64,000 nucleotides of DNA from the human T2T-CHM13v2.0 reference genome, Homo sapiens: NCBI RefSeq assembly GCF_009914755.1, contig NC_060934.1; one strand, 5' to 3'. Below the pieces are notes generated by a model that made no database searches, was not told the origin of the DNA, and saw only the letters and a program-made list of their open reading frames with translations. This document shows positions 43,916-61,168 of this stretch, one piece after another; positions within the stretch are counted from its first letter, which is position 1; each line of letters begins with the position of its first letter. The position numbers and the translations under genes are program-made.

Positions 43916-44159
43916 TCTTAATGAGTTCTTAATATCATATATTTTATTTTTTAGTTTATAATATCCTTTCAATTACTTTTAGTAAGTTCTGGTTCTTTGT
44001 TGAAAATTCTCTGAATTTTTATATATTTTTACATTCTTCTGTTTTCTGAATGTATCCAACAGTTACTTTAAATTCATCATCAATTAATACAGTAGTTTGA
44101 TCACAAGTTGCTCTTGTGTTCTTCCCTGTTACTTATCGTTTATGGCATCTTATTCTTGA

Positions 44160-44640
44160 TGTGGTGGATTTATTGCACTCAGGATCCTGAGTTTTACCCC
44201 TTCCTCTGTCCTCACATTTCTCCTTTTAACTTCCCAGTGTCCTTCCATTGGGCAGAGCGTTCTGCCACTTGAATCTAGGCGTAGCCACAGGGCTGGTTTG
44301 GGCCATGTTAGCAAAATGGCACAAGCAAAGGCTTGGAAAAGTGCCTGTGTGTATCATCTTGCCCATTTGCTCCTCTGTCCTTGTCACAAGAATAGGGACA
44401 CATGAGCTTGCTGGGGAACGAGGCACAAGGAGCAGAGCCAAAACCACAATTTTATTTCAGCCAAGTCAGACATCTCTTGGCCAACTGTCAGTCAGGAGAG
44501 ACTCTGAAAACTGCCCATTTGAGGTTAGTCCAACTCATTGACTCCAGAACTCATGACTTATGTAATTATTGTATGGCCTTAAAGCTGAGTCGGTTTTTTT
44601 TGGTACATAGAATTATTGTGACAATATAAAACTGATACTT
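44160..44640 (+). mobile_element. Old MLT1-type MaLR LTR
   Basis: Starts tgtggtggatt.. and ends ..aaagctgag..ttt..aactgatac; heavily diverged. Confidence 0.5.
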
Positions 44641-45324
44641 TAAATATATTCATTACATTTCAGTTGTGTGCTAGACATGGTTTATTGTAAAAAATTAGAA
44701 GCTTCAGATTACAATATCTACAAGAGATATTGTATCAACACTTTGCTAATCAAAGACTAGAGGCTTATTATCTTGTTAGTTATGAACTTAGCTGGATCAA
44801 GGCTGGGTTAAAGTTTCATTAAAACTTTGTCTATCTCTGGTTAGTTCCTGTCCCCAAGAATATGGATTTCAAGGGTTTATTTGAAATCATGATGATTTCG
44901 GCTCCTCAGTACCCAGAAATCTGGACCTTTGGCTTTGATTCTCAGAGAAATCACACACCCCTTGGTCAACTACCTGTCAGGGGAGACTCTGAAAACTGCC
45001 CATTTGAAGTTAGTCCAACTCATTGATTCTAGAACATACGACTTATGTAATTATTGTGTGGCCTTAGAGTTGAGGAATTTTTTTTTGTTTGTTTTTTGTT
45101 TTTAGGTCTATAGTCTTCCTCCATGAACAGCTTCAGAATGTGGCAAATGCCTTAAAGGAGATGCCTGCTGGGAGTTTAAAGCCCCTCAAATCTCTAATTT
45201 TGTCAATTCTAGCCACCAATGGTTCTACTATTTCTATCTCCTTAAAAGGGGCTCCTCTAGAGTCAGACCATCTAGCTGTGTCCATATCAGCAAAGCCTGC
45301 AGGAAATAAACAACTGGAGATTTT

Positions 45325-45730
45325 CTTTTTTTTAAGTTTTATTTTACTTTTAATTGACAAATAGTAATTGCATATATTTATAGAGTACAAATTGATATTT
45401 TGATACATGCATGCATAGTAGAATGATCAAATAGGGTAATTAGCATATCTATAACCTCAAATATTTGTGTTTTCTTTGTAATGAGAACATTTAAAATGAT
45501 CTGTTTTCACTATAAATGTACAATACATTCTTATCAAATATAGTCACCTTCTTCTGCAAGAGAACACCAGAATTTCTTCCTCCAACTAACTGTAGCTTTG
45601 TACCCATTGAACAACATCTCCCCTTCCTCCATCTACCTCCCACTTCCAGCATCTGGTAACCACTTGCTACTTGCCACTTCTGTGAATTCAACTTTTTTAG
45701 ATTTCACATATAAGTGAGATCACGTGGTAT
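45325..45730 (-). mobile_element. L1MA 3' end
   Basis: ttttaattgacaaatagtaattgcatatattta..gatcaaatagggtaattagcat..ttagatttcacatataagtgagatc. Confidence 0.85.
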
Positions 45731-45859
45731 CACTTTTCATTCAACGCTAATTATTGTTCTTAGAGTGTCCTCCTGGAAGACCTACTAAGCATTTTGAAAG
45801 TCTACTAAGCATTTTGAAACTTCACATTATGGAGCTATTATGACTTAGCTTTTTAGCCA

Positions 45860-46844
45860 CCCCAGAGAGCCTTGGGCCCAGGCAGAGAACTGTTGTAGGG
45901 GTGGAGCCATGGCAGAGAACCCAACTAGGGCAATTTACAGTGGTGTTTTGGGGACAGAACCACCTCAAAGAGCCCCAACTACAGCAATGTGTGGTGGAGC
46001 TATGGGCCCAGGGTTACCTCCTTGATTTGTGGGGCCACTGGTGGACACCTTATGGGCTGTGTCTAAATGCCATGGGGATGGGGCCATTCAGAGTTTTGGG
46101 GGTCAAAACCCTGGGCCAATTCTCTCAGAACATGAGACATGGAGTCAAATAAGTTTATTCTCAAGCCTTAATATTTAATGTTGTTCACCCAACAGGGTTT
46201 TGAACTTACTTGGGACTATTAATAGTTACCCCTTTCTTCTTTCCTATGTATCCCTTTTAGAATGGGAATGTCCATCCTGTACCTATTTCACTGTTGTATT
46301 TTGGAAGCACATAACTTGTTTGATTTCATAAGCTCACAGCTTGAGATAAATTTGCCTCAGAATGGATCATTTCTTGAGTCTTATCTATATCTGATTTAGA
46401 TGACATTTAGATGAGACTCTGGACTTCTTTAGACTTTTGAGTTGATACTGGCTATTGAGATGGAATGAATGCATTTTGCATGTGAGAAGGACATAAATTT
46501 TGGGAAGCCAGGAGTGGAATGCTATGGTCTGAACATTGGTTTCACCCCCAAAACTCCTATATTGAAACCTAGTAAGAGATGATTAAAACATGAGGGCTCC
46601 TCCCTTGTGACTGGGATTAGTGTCCTCATATATGAGATCTAAGGGAACTTGTTCACTCCTTCTGCCATGTTGGGACACACAGAAAGTGCCTCTGTGACAA
46701 ACTAAGCTCTCACCAATCAATGAATCTGCCAGCACGTTGATCTTGGACTTCCAAGACTCCGGAACTATCAGTGAAAAATGTCTGCTGTTTGTAAATTACC
46801 CAGGCTCAAATATTTTGTTATAGAAACCCAAATGGACTTAAACA
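45860..46844 (+). mobile_element. MLT1A-type MaLR: internal fragment + 3' LTR (LTR 46520-46844)
   Basis: Internal sequence ends in a purine tract gggaagccaggagtggaa, then tgctatggtctgaa...aatggacttaaaca. Confidence 0.8.
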
Positions 46845-47373
46845 CATGTATTTAGCTAATACAACTATAACAGTGTGTAGGGAAAACAACTTAGTAAGTA
46901 ATAAATTGAAAGAGAAAATATTTGGTTAATTCTTTTCATAAGTATGTTGTGCATGAAAAACAAATGCACTGGATCCCATTGTTCAGGTCCAATTTCCTCT
47001 CCATGGGTTTTGTAAACTCTCTGTAAAACATTGACGATGGAAGTTAAGAAAGTAAAAAACTCACTTTCTGATTTAGAAGCAAAAATCTCGTACTATTTGA
47101 ACAATATTATTCATTAGATTTCCTCCTTGCATCTTTAAATCGCATCTTGCATGCCATGACCATCGAGTACTGAAGCTATGTCACGGTTTTGTTGATTGTT
47201 ATTTTTCTCAGTCTTGGATTCTACTTTTGCAATCAACCCCTAGCTTAGATAACATCAGTCGGATGTCACTGGGTTTTGTGGCTACAACTATATTATATAA
47301 TCTTTACTTTCAAATGCTGACATCTTTTCACAAAGAAACTAAAAGTTCAATTTCATTCTTAAGACATTAGGCA

Positions 47374-47676
47374 GGCTGGGAACGGTGGCTCTCGCCTGTA
47401 ATACCAGCACTTTGGGAGGCTGAGGTGGGCGGATCACGAGGTCAGGAGATCGAGACCAACCTGGCTAAAATGGTGAAACCCCGTCTCTACTAAAAATACA
47501 AAAAAAATTAGCCGGGCGTGGTGGCGGGTGCCTGTAGTCCCAGCTACGCCAGAGGCTGTAGCAGGAGAATGGTGTGAACATGGGAGGAGGAGCTTGCAGT
47601 GAGCCAAGATCGCGCCACTCCATTCCAGCCTGGGCAACAGAGCGAGACTCCGTCTCAAAAAAAAAAAAAAAAAAAA
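47374..47676 (+). mobile_element. AluY
   Basis: Y diagnostics, long poly(A) and a 13-bp TSD aagacattaggca. Confidence 0.95.
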
Positions 47677-48989
47677 AAGACATTAGGCAAAAACCTGGAC
47701 CAATAAAATATGATAAATGTTCAGAATCTCAAAGGAAAAAGTTTGCTTTGATTTTTAATGGTTTAATTAGGCTGCATTGACAGGGAGCCAATTGGGTGTA
47801 GTACAAAGGGTTTGGAGTCTGAAGATCCATTTCTGAGTCTGGAGTCCGTAGGCCTGGACACATTTTGTAAAACCAGAGTTTCCTCAACTGGAAAGTGAAA
47901 GTTATGAAGTTGTGATGGGAAGATTTAACTAAGATAATAGAAACAAGACCATGCTATACAAATGTTTAAGTTATAAATTAAAATATTAAAAATTGCCCGA
48001 TTCCCCAGTACAAAAAGAACTAATTTGGTGAAACACTGTCTTTTATGTACAGTCGTAGAAAATCCTGAGCTGAGAGGCTCCCTCGTTGGGTGGGACCAGG
48101 ATGTGGAGCTTCATTCGGAGGAGGAAGGAATGTTCACAGTGTAGATTACGGTGTCAATGCACAATGAAGTATTTAGAAACCATTCATCACCAAAGAGGGA
48201 TTGTAATTTTAGAATTTTTCAGAACCATAATTTCTTAGTATAACTTTGCAAGAAAATAAGCTTTAACAACAAAAGAATGTAAAATACCAGATCCAGCACA
48301 GCAAGGGCAACCCTGTGGCTTGCTGACTCATTAAGTACCCATGCTACTTTATGAAACACATGTGAGTTGCATAGATTTATTAAATACTAATACTTTGAAT
48401 AAATATGGACATACCCCTGCAGAATTTTGGAATATGACATATTTTAAAACACAGTTTTCACCTGTGACTGTAAAACATGCATAAATTAGGTTGGAAACCT
48501 TGAGGTGGTAGTGAGTGTTTTGAAACATTAGAGATTGCACATTTACAAATCCACCAATTATAAATGTGATTTTTGAGCATATATGTAGTTTAAATATATA
48601 ATTATTCTTATTCCATTGCACCTGCAACACCCAGTTCAACAAATATTTATTTTCTAGGATCTGGAGAGTTAAGATGAAAACTACCTTGATCATGACATGT
48701 AGGAGTTCAAAGTCTCATGTGGGGTGTGAACATCTAAATAGATAGTTCTAATTACTGTGGTGGGAAACTGGGGTCCTGTATGATGATCTTAGCCTACAGA
48801 GAAGAGGAGCACCTCTCCTGACTGGTCTAGAGAGAGCATTCAGTAGAAGTGAAGGTGTAACAATATGCGTCTCTGGTGAAAGGATGCCTGAGTTTGAGAT
48901 ATAAAAAGGGGTTTTGCCTGGCAAGGGGATACAGTGAGAAGCTGTGAGTTACACAACTGTGGTTTATTAGAAATAGAAGGGTAAAGGAT

Positions 48990-49520
48990 AATCATACACA
49001 AGCAGAAACCCAAACACAAATGTTTATGTCCAAACATAAACTCTTTAGAAATTTGTGCATGAAAGTTGATATGTGCTTTATTCATAATGGCTGAAAACTG
49101 GAAATAACCCAAATGTCCATCATCAGGTGAATGGATAAACCATTGTGTTATGTCTGTGCAGTGGAATACTATTCAGCCTGAAAAGGAATTATCTGTTGAA
49201 ACATTCAATGACTTCAGTGAGACTAAAAATACTTTTGTTGAGTTAAATGAGCTAAACAAAAAAGATAACATACTATGTGGCTCCATATACATAAAGTTGT
49301 AGAAAAATCTATAGGTTCAGAAAGTAGATCTGTGATTATCTCTGAACAGGCAGATGAGAGATGTGAGGTAAGGGAATGGGAAGGACCCTACAGGGCACAA
49401 GGAAACCTCTGGTATTAATGGGTATGTTCATTATCTTCATTGCAGTGATAGCTTCTTGGGTGTACACTTCTAGCAAAATTCATCAAACTGCATGACTTAA
49501 ATATGTATGATTTATTGTAC
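48990..49520 (+). mobile_element. Old L1M (MC/ME) 3' end
   Basis: gctttattcataatggctgaaaactggaaataacccaaatgtccatc..aaaattcatcaaactg.. Confidence 0.7.
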
Positions 49521-50299
49521 ATCAATTTTACTTAAAAAAGTTTTAAGTAATAGAGATGATTAAAATGATTTAAGCAGTAAAGTGGTATGGGAAGTTTTAG
49601 ATTTCTGAAGTTAATGATGTTTTTCTGGTTTCTGGCTTGGATGATGAAGACTGGGAAATGGTAATGGTTATAAACCTATTCTCTTCTTGTCTATAATTTA
49701 TCCAGAAATGAAGCTAACTCAATGCAGGGCTACCTGTTTTTATTAGAGATTAATTTTCCAATTTAGTTATAAATAGGGCAACTGCAGACTAATGTTAGGA
49801 TAGGCTTAATGTTTCACAAAAATGAGATCTATTGGTTTAGGTCTCTAGATGTTGCCTTGTTCTTGTCTGCCACTGTGAACATCATTATCTTCGTTGGCTC
49901 TAACAGTTTACAACACTGTGTCAGGACTGTAGAAGAATGAGGGACTCAAACATATCTAAGGCACCATCCAAGTTATTAGAGGTCATTGTTCAGTTAGCTC
50001 ATAAATATTCCTTCCTGTCTTAAAAAGAGTAAAAAATAGTGACATTCATTGACTATTTACTGATGGCATTACATCCCTTCATCTTCACCACCCTATGAAG
50101 CATGTACCTTTATTATCCCAATTTTACACAAGAGGAAACAGGCTTAAAGATGTTTAGTCACTGGTTCTAGATCATGTTTAGATGATGTTGACCCGATTGG
50201 AGCCTGGCAATGTGATTCTCAAGCACATATGATTTCCCTAACTTTTCCTCCCCAGTATTTCTATATCCCAACAATTTTCTTTAAGAAATGGTCATTTGT

Positions 50300-50602
<303 letters not shown>

Positions 50603-51586
50603 TCATTTGTGGTATTGTAGTAAAAGAACTTAATGCCTTTATATATTCAGCTTCTATAAATGAAGAAAATGACACCAAACTCCTGCCATGTTTTATCCAA
50701 GTCATTTTTCTGTGCTTTCAAGCAAGAGCAGTGATGATGTCATGACCTGATGCCTGCACAGAATCACAGAATCTTCAGAATCCCTTAAGTGATGCTGCCA
50801 AGTATGTTTGTTTATTCACTTCATTTACAAACAAAAACCTGTCAGGTCAGATACTATATGCAGGGCTTAAAATGAAAAAGGGAAAGAAAATAAGAGCCCT
50901 TATGTATTTTTGATGATGCTCTTTGGTTTTCACAGGGAACAAATACAATCTTAAACTGCTTTTAAATCAGGTATATAGATTTGTACAGATATCATGTATT
51001 TGAATGTCTTTCTGCACATGTCTATGCACACATGCAGTTCAAAATCAAAACCAATTTACATTCTTCCTATGTTTTTTATTATAAACTAAAGTATATGCTC
51101 TGCTTACATGGTGTTCAATTATAACAACGGGTGAAGTGCTTTGCCTTTGAGTATCTGCAAAGATGGAAGTCTGAATACCTGGGTATTATTTGCTACTCTT
51201 TCTTGAATGGTATGTTTAATTGTTATTGGCCAGCATGGAACCTATTTGTCATTTTTTTTAACTAAGCTGGAAGGAATCTGGACTTTTCTTGGACTCTAAA
51301 TGGCATTCTCACATCTAATAATATCACAATGGTTTAGAGTAAGAATAATTCTAGTCTCACATAAATTTAAAAAAATTGTTTTCTGATAATCCTCCATGTT
51401 GAGAAAACCATTTTGCTTATGAACTTTTACACATAAAATTGAAGATTTTATACATAATAAATTTTATACATATATAAATTATATATAATATACTATATAT
51501 AGTATTATATATAAATTATAAATTATATATATATAATATAAATTTTGTTATATATATGACAACACTTTAAACTTTTAAAATGTGAT

Positions 51587-51930
<344 letters not shown>

Positions 51931-52395
51931 TTATTTTAATGTTTTCTTTCTGATTTTCTGAGTTTTTTTCTCCTTCATATTATGTGGTACACACGCATCC
52001 TTTTAGGTTGGGAGAGCTGTCTCCATGCCACCTGTGAGGGGCCAAGGGCTGCCATGCGCTCTCTTCCCTGGGGCCTGCTGCCGCTTTTAGTGAAGCTTCC
52101 CACTCCCCGACTGTTCTCTTCTCATTCTTGCAGAAACGGTGGTATAAGAAAATCCTCTGGGGTGTTTTTTTACTGGAGAAGGAGAAAAAAACATATTTTT
52201 AGTAGTGCTTGTGGAAAACATTGCAGTAACTGACTTTAAAAATACTGAGTTGTGTGAAAGGAATCCCCACGGTAACAAGAGGTTTCATAAGGTTAAACAC
52301 CTCTTCTGAAATGTCATGGGTGCGGTGGAAACATGGGATTGGCTTTTTTCCAATTATCTCATCAGATCCTTATTCTACTATTAATACCCTAAAGG

Positions 52396-52699
<304 letters not shown>

Positions 52700-55509
52700 T
52701 CCAAAGTTTCATATATTATTATTTATTATTTTTTTATTTTTTTTAGCTTTGAAAGCAGATGCCATGCTTGTTCACTCTTATAGGCAGCTCTGAGTCTGAA
52801 GGTTCTGGCTGATGAGATTTGCACAACTAGTCTTGTGTTTTATGCCCAAAGTGCTGATTGTTTCTGTGTAAATTGGTGGTGGACATATTTAACTAACTTC
52901 CCCATAATATGAATTTGCAAATTTGTTCTTCGGGGAATGATTGGATACAACTCAACGTGATTTTCTCTCCTCTCTCCTTTTTCTAATTTTTGTTCAGACT
53001 AAAATGGCAAATGAATAACACATTATTTTTTCTGAACCATATCCATGACTCATTTGACTCACCCAATAACTATACAAGAAGCATTGAAATAGTATTGATT
53101 TCCTTATTCCCTAACTTTTCCTCCCCAGTATTTTTATATCCCAACAATGTATAAATATATACATTTCTCTATGGAGAGTAACACACTTAGACACACATGG
53201 AAGTATGGCTTCCATGAAGCCAAAGGATACTGAATTAATTTCCTAAAGTCACAAACAAAACTAGGGAAGAGCCAAGGATTCTCAGCTCAGACTTTTCTAA
53301 TATTTAGTTCCCTACATTTTTTCAGCTATAGATATTGGACTAAATCTGATCTGGATTGGCTGAAAAATGTAATTTCCATGTAACTATATGATTGCAGCAG
53401 CAGCATTTTGAGATGTTTCTGGTCAGAGGAAGACACCAAGGGGCTAATATTTGTTGAACCTTTGAAATTCTGGCAGTTATTTTATATAATTCTTACAATA
53501 ACATGTGAGATTACTGTTATGATGTTCCTTTCATAGGTGAGAAAACTGTGACACAGGTTAACTTGCCAGAGGTCATGTAGCCTTTGAATAGTAAGGATGG
53601 GATCAGACCCACACCATGCGCTGTGCCATTTGCCTATGACATTTAGGAGGCAATACCAGCAACTTTGTTGAGCGTGTTGGGATTGTAGGAGGGGTTAGAC
53701 CAAGTTATCTGCCACACCCTTTTATGCCATGTCAGGTCTCCAGTGCTGCAAACTCAGCTTTGCATAATCTAATCTAAGCACTAGTGGAATTCAGGAAACT
53801 CACAAAGTGCTGGAGAGGTGCTCCTGCCAAACCATCATTCCATTATTGGGCCTTTCCAAGCTGGACCTATTAAAATTCCAAAGAAATTTTATTGCCGAAT
53901 TGTTTCACTCAAAATGTTTGAATATCAAAGCCGCAAGACACATTTTCTTTCCAGAACGTATGCCTCAGCATAGTTTGTCTGTGTCTTCTACATAGTAAGT
54001 GCTCAGTAAATGTTGATGACTTAATGAACTTAATTTCCCTAAATTAGAAGGTAGGAAAATTAATATAGTACACGGTTAATCTATGGTAACCCTAATTGCT
54101 AAAGTCAGGAACCTTGTTTACTACTACACAAAAAGCCATTGTCAGAGCTGAGCATGCACTTCTGACTTTCAATTCCCTGGCTATGACCACTAATCCACAG
54201 CTCTTCCTTTTCTATTATTTCACAAAATAATTTATATGTACTAAAGGGCCAATGTGGACAACAACATGAATTAAGTAAAATGTCAGCTGTAAGCCTTGCA
54301 TGGTTCTCTTTGGAGAAAGGCAGATTCATATGCAAGATCATTCTGGGTCAGATCTCACTAACACTCTGGCCATTCATGCATGTGTCACTGCCTCACCACC
54401 TGTACAGTTTCATTGCTGCATTGAGGGCAAAATGAACAGGCTTCTGTTTCATGGGTAAGCTCCCAGGAGAAAACTGCATATTGTTCATAATGCTATGCTT
54501 GTTCCAATAAAATTTATAAAAATATTTCTTTCTCACATCCCATAGCTTTCTTGGATGCCTGTGAGTTACAATAAGAATGTTTTATATGTCAGGTCAGCAT
54601 GTAAATCCGTCTGCAATCACTTCTTGGATGAAAACCAAGATTTAAGTGCTATTAAAATAAATATTTAAGTTTATTCATGAATTATGTAGTTTAACCTTTT
54701 TAGGATACAAAAACATTAAAATTATATTTTAATGAAAGGCTAAAGATATATGAAACAATTTAAAACAGCTATAGATCAGTAATTCTTCCTGATTTTGCAA
54801 AATTATCTTTCAAACTTTTATAAGTAGTGAATTTATTAATATATACACTGGTTAAATTTAGACTTATTTTTAATTGAGAAATTAAACTATACCACAATAG
54901 TTCGCATTTCCAATAACTAATAATTTTGTTCTAATTTAATATATTATCTTAGCAGCTCACATTTTGTTAATTCACTTAGAAACCAATTTATTTATGACCC
55001 ACTGTTTACAAAACTGAATACTGGACACATGGGTACAAAGTTGATGTTGATCAACTCTGAAGGCAAAATATATCTCTCATTATTTACTTAATATCTTTAT
55101 TTTATAATTTGAAATCTAAGAATATAAAAAATTCCTGTTTGTTATTTTTTAAAATTATACATACCTGTGTTTTAAATGAATACTTATGGATGTCAGAATC
55201 CTTTCGTATAACCTCTTGATATATATATTAGTCAAAAACAATGACAACAAAAATGCAAGAGAAAAATAAATAGAATAAAATAAAGTTCTTTACACCTTTC
55301 TTATAATTTGGGGTAGAATTTTCACTTTGTTACTCTGAAATCTTAGAGAATAGTCAAGCATCCAGAGTTATAATCAAATTGTTTAGGCAGGAACACAGCA
55401 AATGCTCAGATATGTGAGACTATCTGATTACAGAATTCTTCTTTTTGAGTTTGTATATCTAAGGCTAAAGCCAAGGTATACTCTGCATTTTTAAAAATAT
55501 GTTTCTCTA

Positions 55510-55615
55510 GCAGGATGTGCTGGTGCACACCTGTACTCCCAACTACTCAGGAGGTGGAAGCAGGAAGATCACTTGAGCTCAGGCAGGGCAACATAGAAAG
55601 ACTCAGTCTCGAAAA
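55510..55615 (+). mobile_element. Deleted Alu monomer (FRAM-like)
   Basis: Short Alu remnant; flanks atatgtttctcta / atatagatttctcta. Confidence 0.65.
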
Positions 55616-55680
55616 TAAATATAGATTTCTCTATGGAGAGTAACACACTTAGGTATGTATTTTAGAAAGACTAATTGTTA

Positions 55681-56101
<421 letters not shown>

Positions 56102-56129
56102 TTAGCAATGAGAAGACAAATTTTAAAAG

Positions 56130-57630
<1,501 letters not shown>

Positions 57631-58236
57631 TATGTTACAAAAACTAATTTGGGAAGTAAATGGTTGAATCTTGATTATTGTTTAGATGTGAAATAAGAAT
57701 ATGGGGTGGGAAGAAAGCAAGCCTTTTTTATTTGTCTGTGGGGTAATGGGGCAATAAGGAATACAGAAAAACATGAAGGTTCACAGAAATTGATGAGCTC
57801 AGTTTGGGACGTAGCAAATTTGAAGAGTTGGAGATGAATCCATATTGCTAAAACTCAAGAGCAATGCCTAGGGTGGAGATGATACATTCTGGAAGCAGGA
57901 CCATAAAAGTGGTCATTGAAGTCAGTGATGTGGGTGAGAAAAGGCCCGGACAGAAGTCTGTGGAGCCCCAGCGTTGAGGGGCATTCTTAGGAGAAGAACC
58001 AGCTAAGGAGACACAAGATTTCTTGAAACAGAACATTTGAATAAGCTAACACATGTCACATTCATCTATAAGAAGTAGGACTTCAAGGAAGTTTTGTGCC
58101 ATTAATATGCTTGGATAAACCAAGTTCTAATAATGGAAATAGAAGCCTTGTAATAGGAAACAATACTGTTTTTTCCCCCTTTCTTCAAGTGATGTCAATT
58201 TTTTGGAACTGTTGTTTCGGAATAAAAAGAGTCTTA

Positions 58237-58834
<598 letters not shown>

Positions 58835-60000
58835 TTAACAAGTAAGATTAACATAATTTCATCATCTAGTTTTCTTAATATTTAAATTTGACTCCTAACC
58901 AAACTTGTCATCACATACAAGTAAATACATATTATATATGCCACTAAATTATATATTCTGTCACTTTCCTATAAACTGTTTGAATGAAAGACATTTTAGT
59001 TTTCTCCCCACAGCCTTAGCATGCTGTAACTTTAATAAGTAATCTATGAATATAATTTTTTTGTTATTTAAGCTGTGATTTTCTACAAACAGGTTAATTT
59101 TCAAAGGGAGATCAGCTATTTTAAGATCTTCTTCTACTGGATAATTTAGATTGTTTCTATTATTACAGCTTTTTGTTCAGAGTAACTTCATTAATGCTTA
59201 TAATATGCTGTTTGGAATGCCCTGTTTTTCAAGAAGAACTCACTGGAACTATTGACTTGGCAGCCAGCTGCTTTTTAAAAGCATTGCACCAATCATATAA
59301 GAGTAATCAACTTAAATATTTACGTAAAACCTTTCCAAAATTATTACTTACAGGTCTCAAACCAGAATAACAGAATTTGAAGAGCAATTGCAGAAACACT
59401 TTTTTCTCACATGCTCGTTGAAGACAAACAACAGAAAACACTAATATATTGATGCTGATCACTGAAAAGGTATTGTTTAGAATGTGTTAGAATCTATGTC
59501 TTAGGCATTGGTGTGTATTTCTGTTAACCTGTTTTCCAGAAGTGTTATTTTTGTTTCCAGATATTTTCTGATTTGCTCAGAGCTCCAAATGGTATCAACA
59601 AGTGGTTTTCTACAATGAGAATGAGGCATGCCAGTGTGATGGTCCGTAATCGATATTTGCCAGCAGATCATTATTTTAAAAATATTATCAGGAATTTACC
59701 TATAAGAGTATCTAAGAATGGGGGTTATTAATTAGAAATTGTAATTCAAATATCCCTTTCCCCTTTTTCTAAAGAATGCTCAACTGAATGATATTTGTGT
59801 GTCATTTTCATGAAATTTACAGAACCAACAATATTTATTGTTCCAAAATTCTGATCTGGAATATTGCTTGGAAACTTTACACTTTCCTCTTTTTCAACAT
59901 TAAAGGTGGTCTTGGAAAGTATCAAAGACATACAATGGAGAGGAGTTATGAAGAGTGACTGTTAACATGAAAATATTGGCAAGAGATGGAACAAGACCTA

Positions 60001-60289
60001 TTTCTTTTTGAGACAGGTTCTTGCTCTGTTGCCCAGGCTAGAATGCAGTGGCCTGATCAAGACTCACTGCAGCCATGACTTCCCCAGCTCAAGCTGTCCT
60101 TCTGCCTCAGCCTCCAGAGCAGCTGCAACTACAGGCACATGCCACCAAGCCCAGCTAATCTTTTTTGTTTTTAGTTGTGACAAGGTCTCGCTATGCTGTC
60201 CAGGGTCTCTAACTCCTGTCCTCAAGCAATCCTCCCACCTCAGCCTCACAAAGTGCTGGGTTTACAGGAGTGAGCCACCATGCCTGGCC
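60001..60289 (-). mobile_element. AluJ
   Basis: Diverged dimer. Confidence 0.85.
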
Positions 60290-60834
60290 TCCCGTTTTCT
60301 AACTAAAGTAACAGCGTGTTTTCATGGCACCTGAACCCCTTATCTCTGGGGAAACATTATCAAGATCTGGTGAGTGGGAGTTTCTTGAGACAAGTAAAAT
60401 AATGCAAATAGTCCTTGTCCTCCTTCTACGGCAGAGTGCACAAGAGAGTGCTTACCCAGAAGAGGTAGACGCAGGGCTGTGGTACAGTCGGAGTATTCAG
60501 GGCTCCTGTGACCTTGGAAAGCTATTGGATCAGAGCAGATTTCAGGGAAAGGAATGAAGAGCAGTAGCTTTGATTTCACAATTGACTTCAGGAGGCAGAG
60601 ATTAAAGGGATATTTGATGCTTTCGTGTTGTGTAGTCATAATCAGCAGACAAGTGGCAGACAGGTTACAGGTCACAGGTTCCTGTGCATCTGGCAGAGGC
60701 CATAGCAGTTGCTGTCCAGCATCAAACAAATGCTGTCCTGCTTTAGCAATGAGTTGGGAAGACGTTCCATTGAGTAAAATGAATCTGCACTTTAAATTCT
60801 ACTGGATGTGGAAGGTAAAAAAGAGGGAAGATTC

Positions 60835-61168
<334 letters not shown>

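Noticed and set aside
51445-51560. Palindromic AT-rich stretch
   Set aside because: Low-complexity (TA)n sequence is self-complementary by composition.
52134-52271. Candidate non-coding exon (good acceptor, cacg|gtaaca donor)
   Set aside because: Splice-like motifs alone are common, and there is no supporting homology or transcript evidence.
59354-59469. Candidate exon (ttacttacag|...aaag|gtattg)
   Set aside because: No recognisable protein similarity; it cannot be supported without RNA data.
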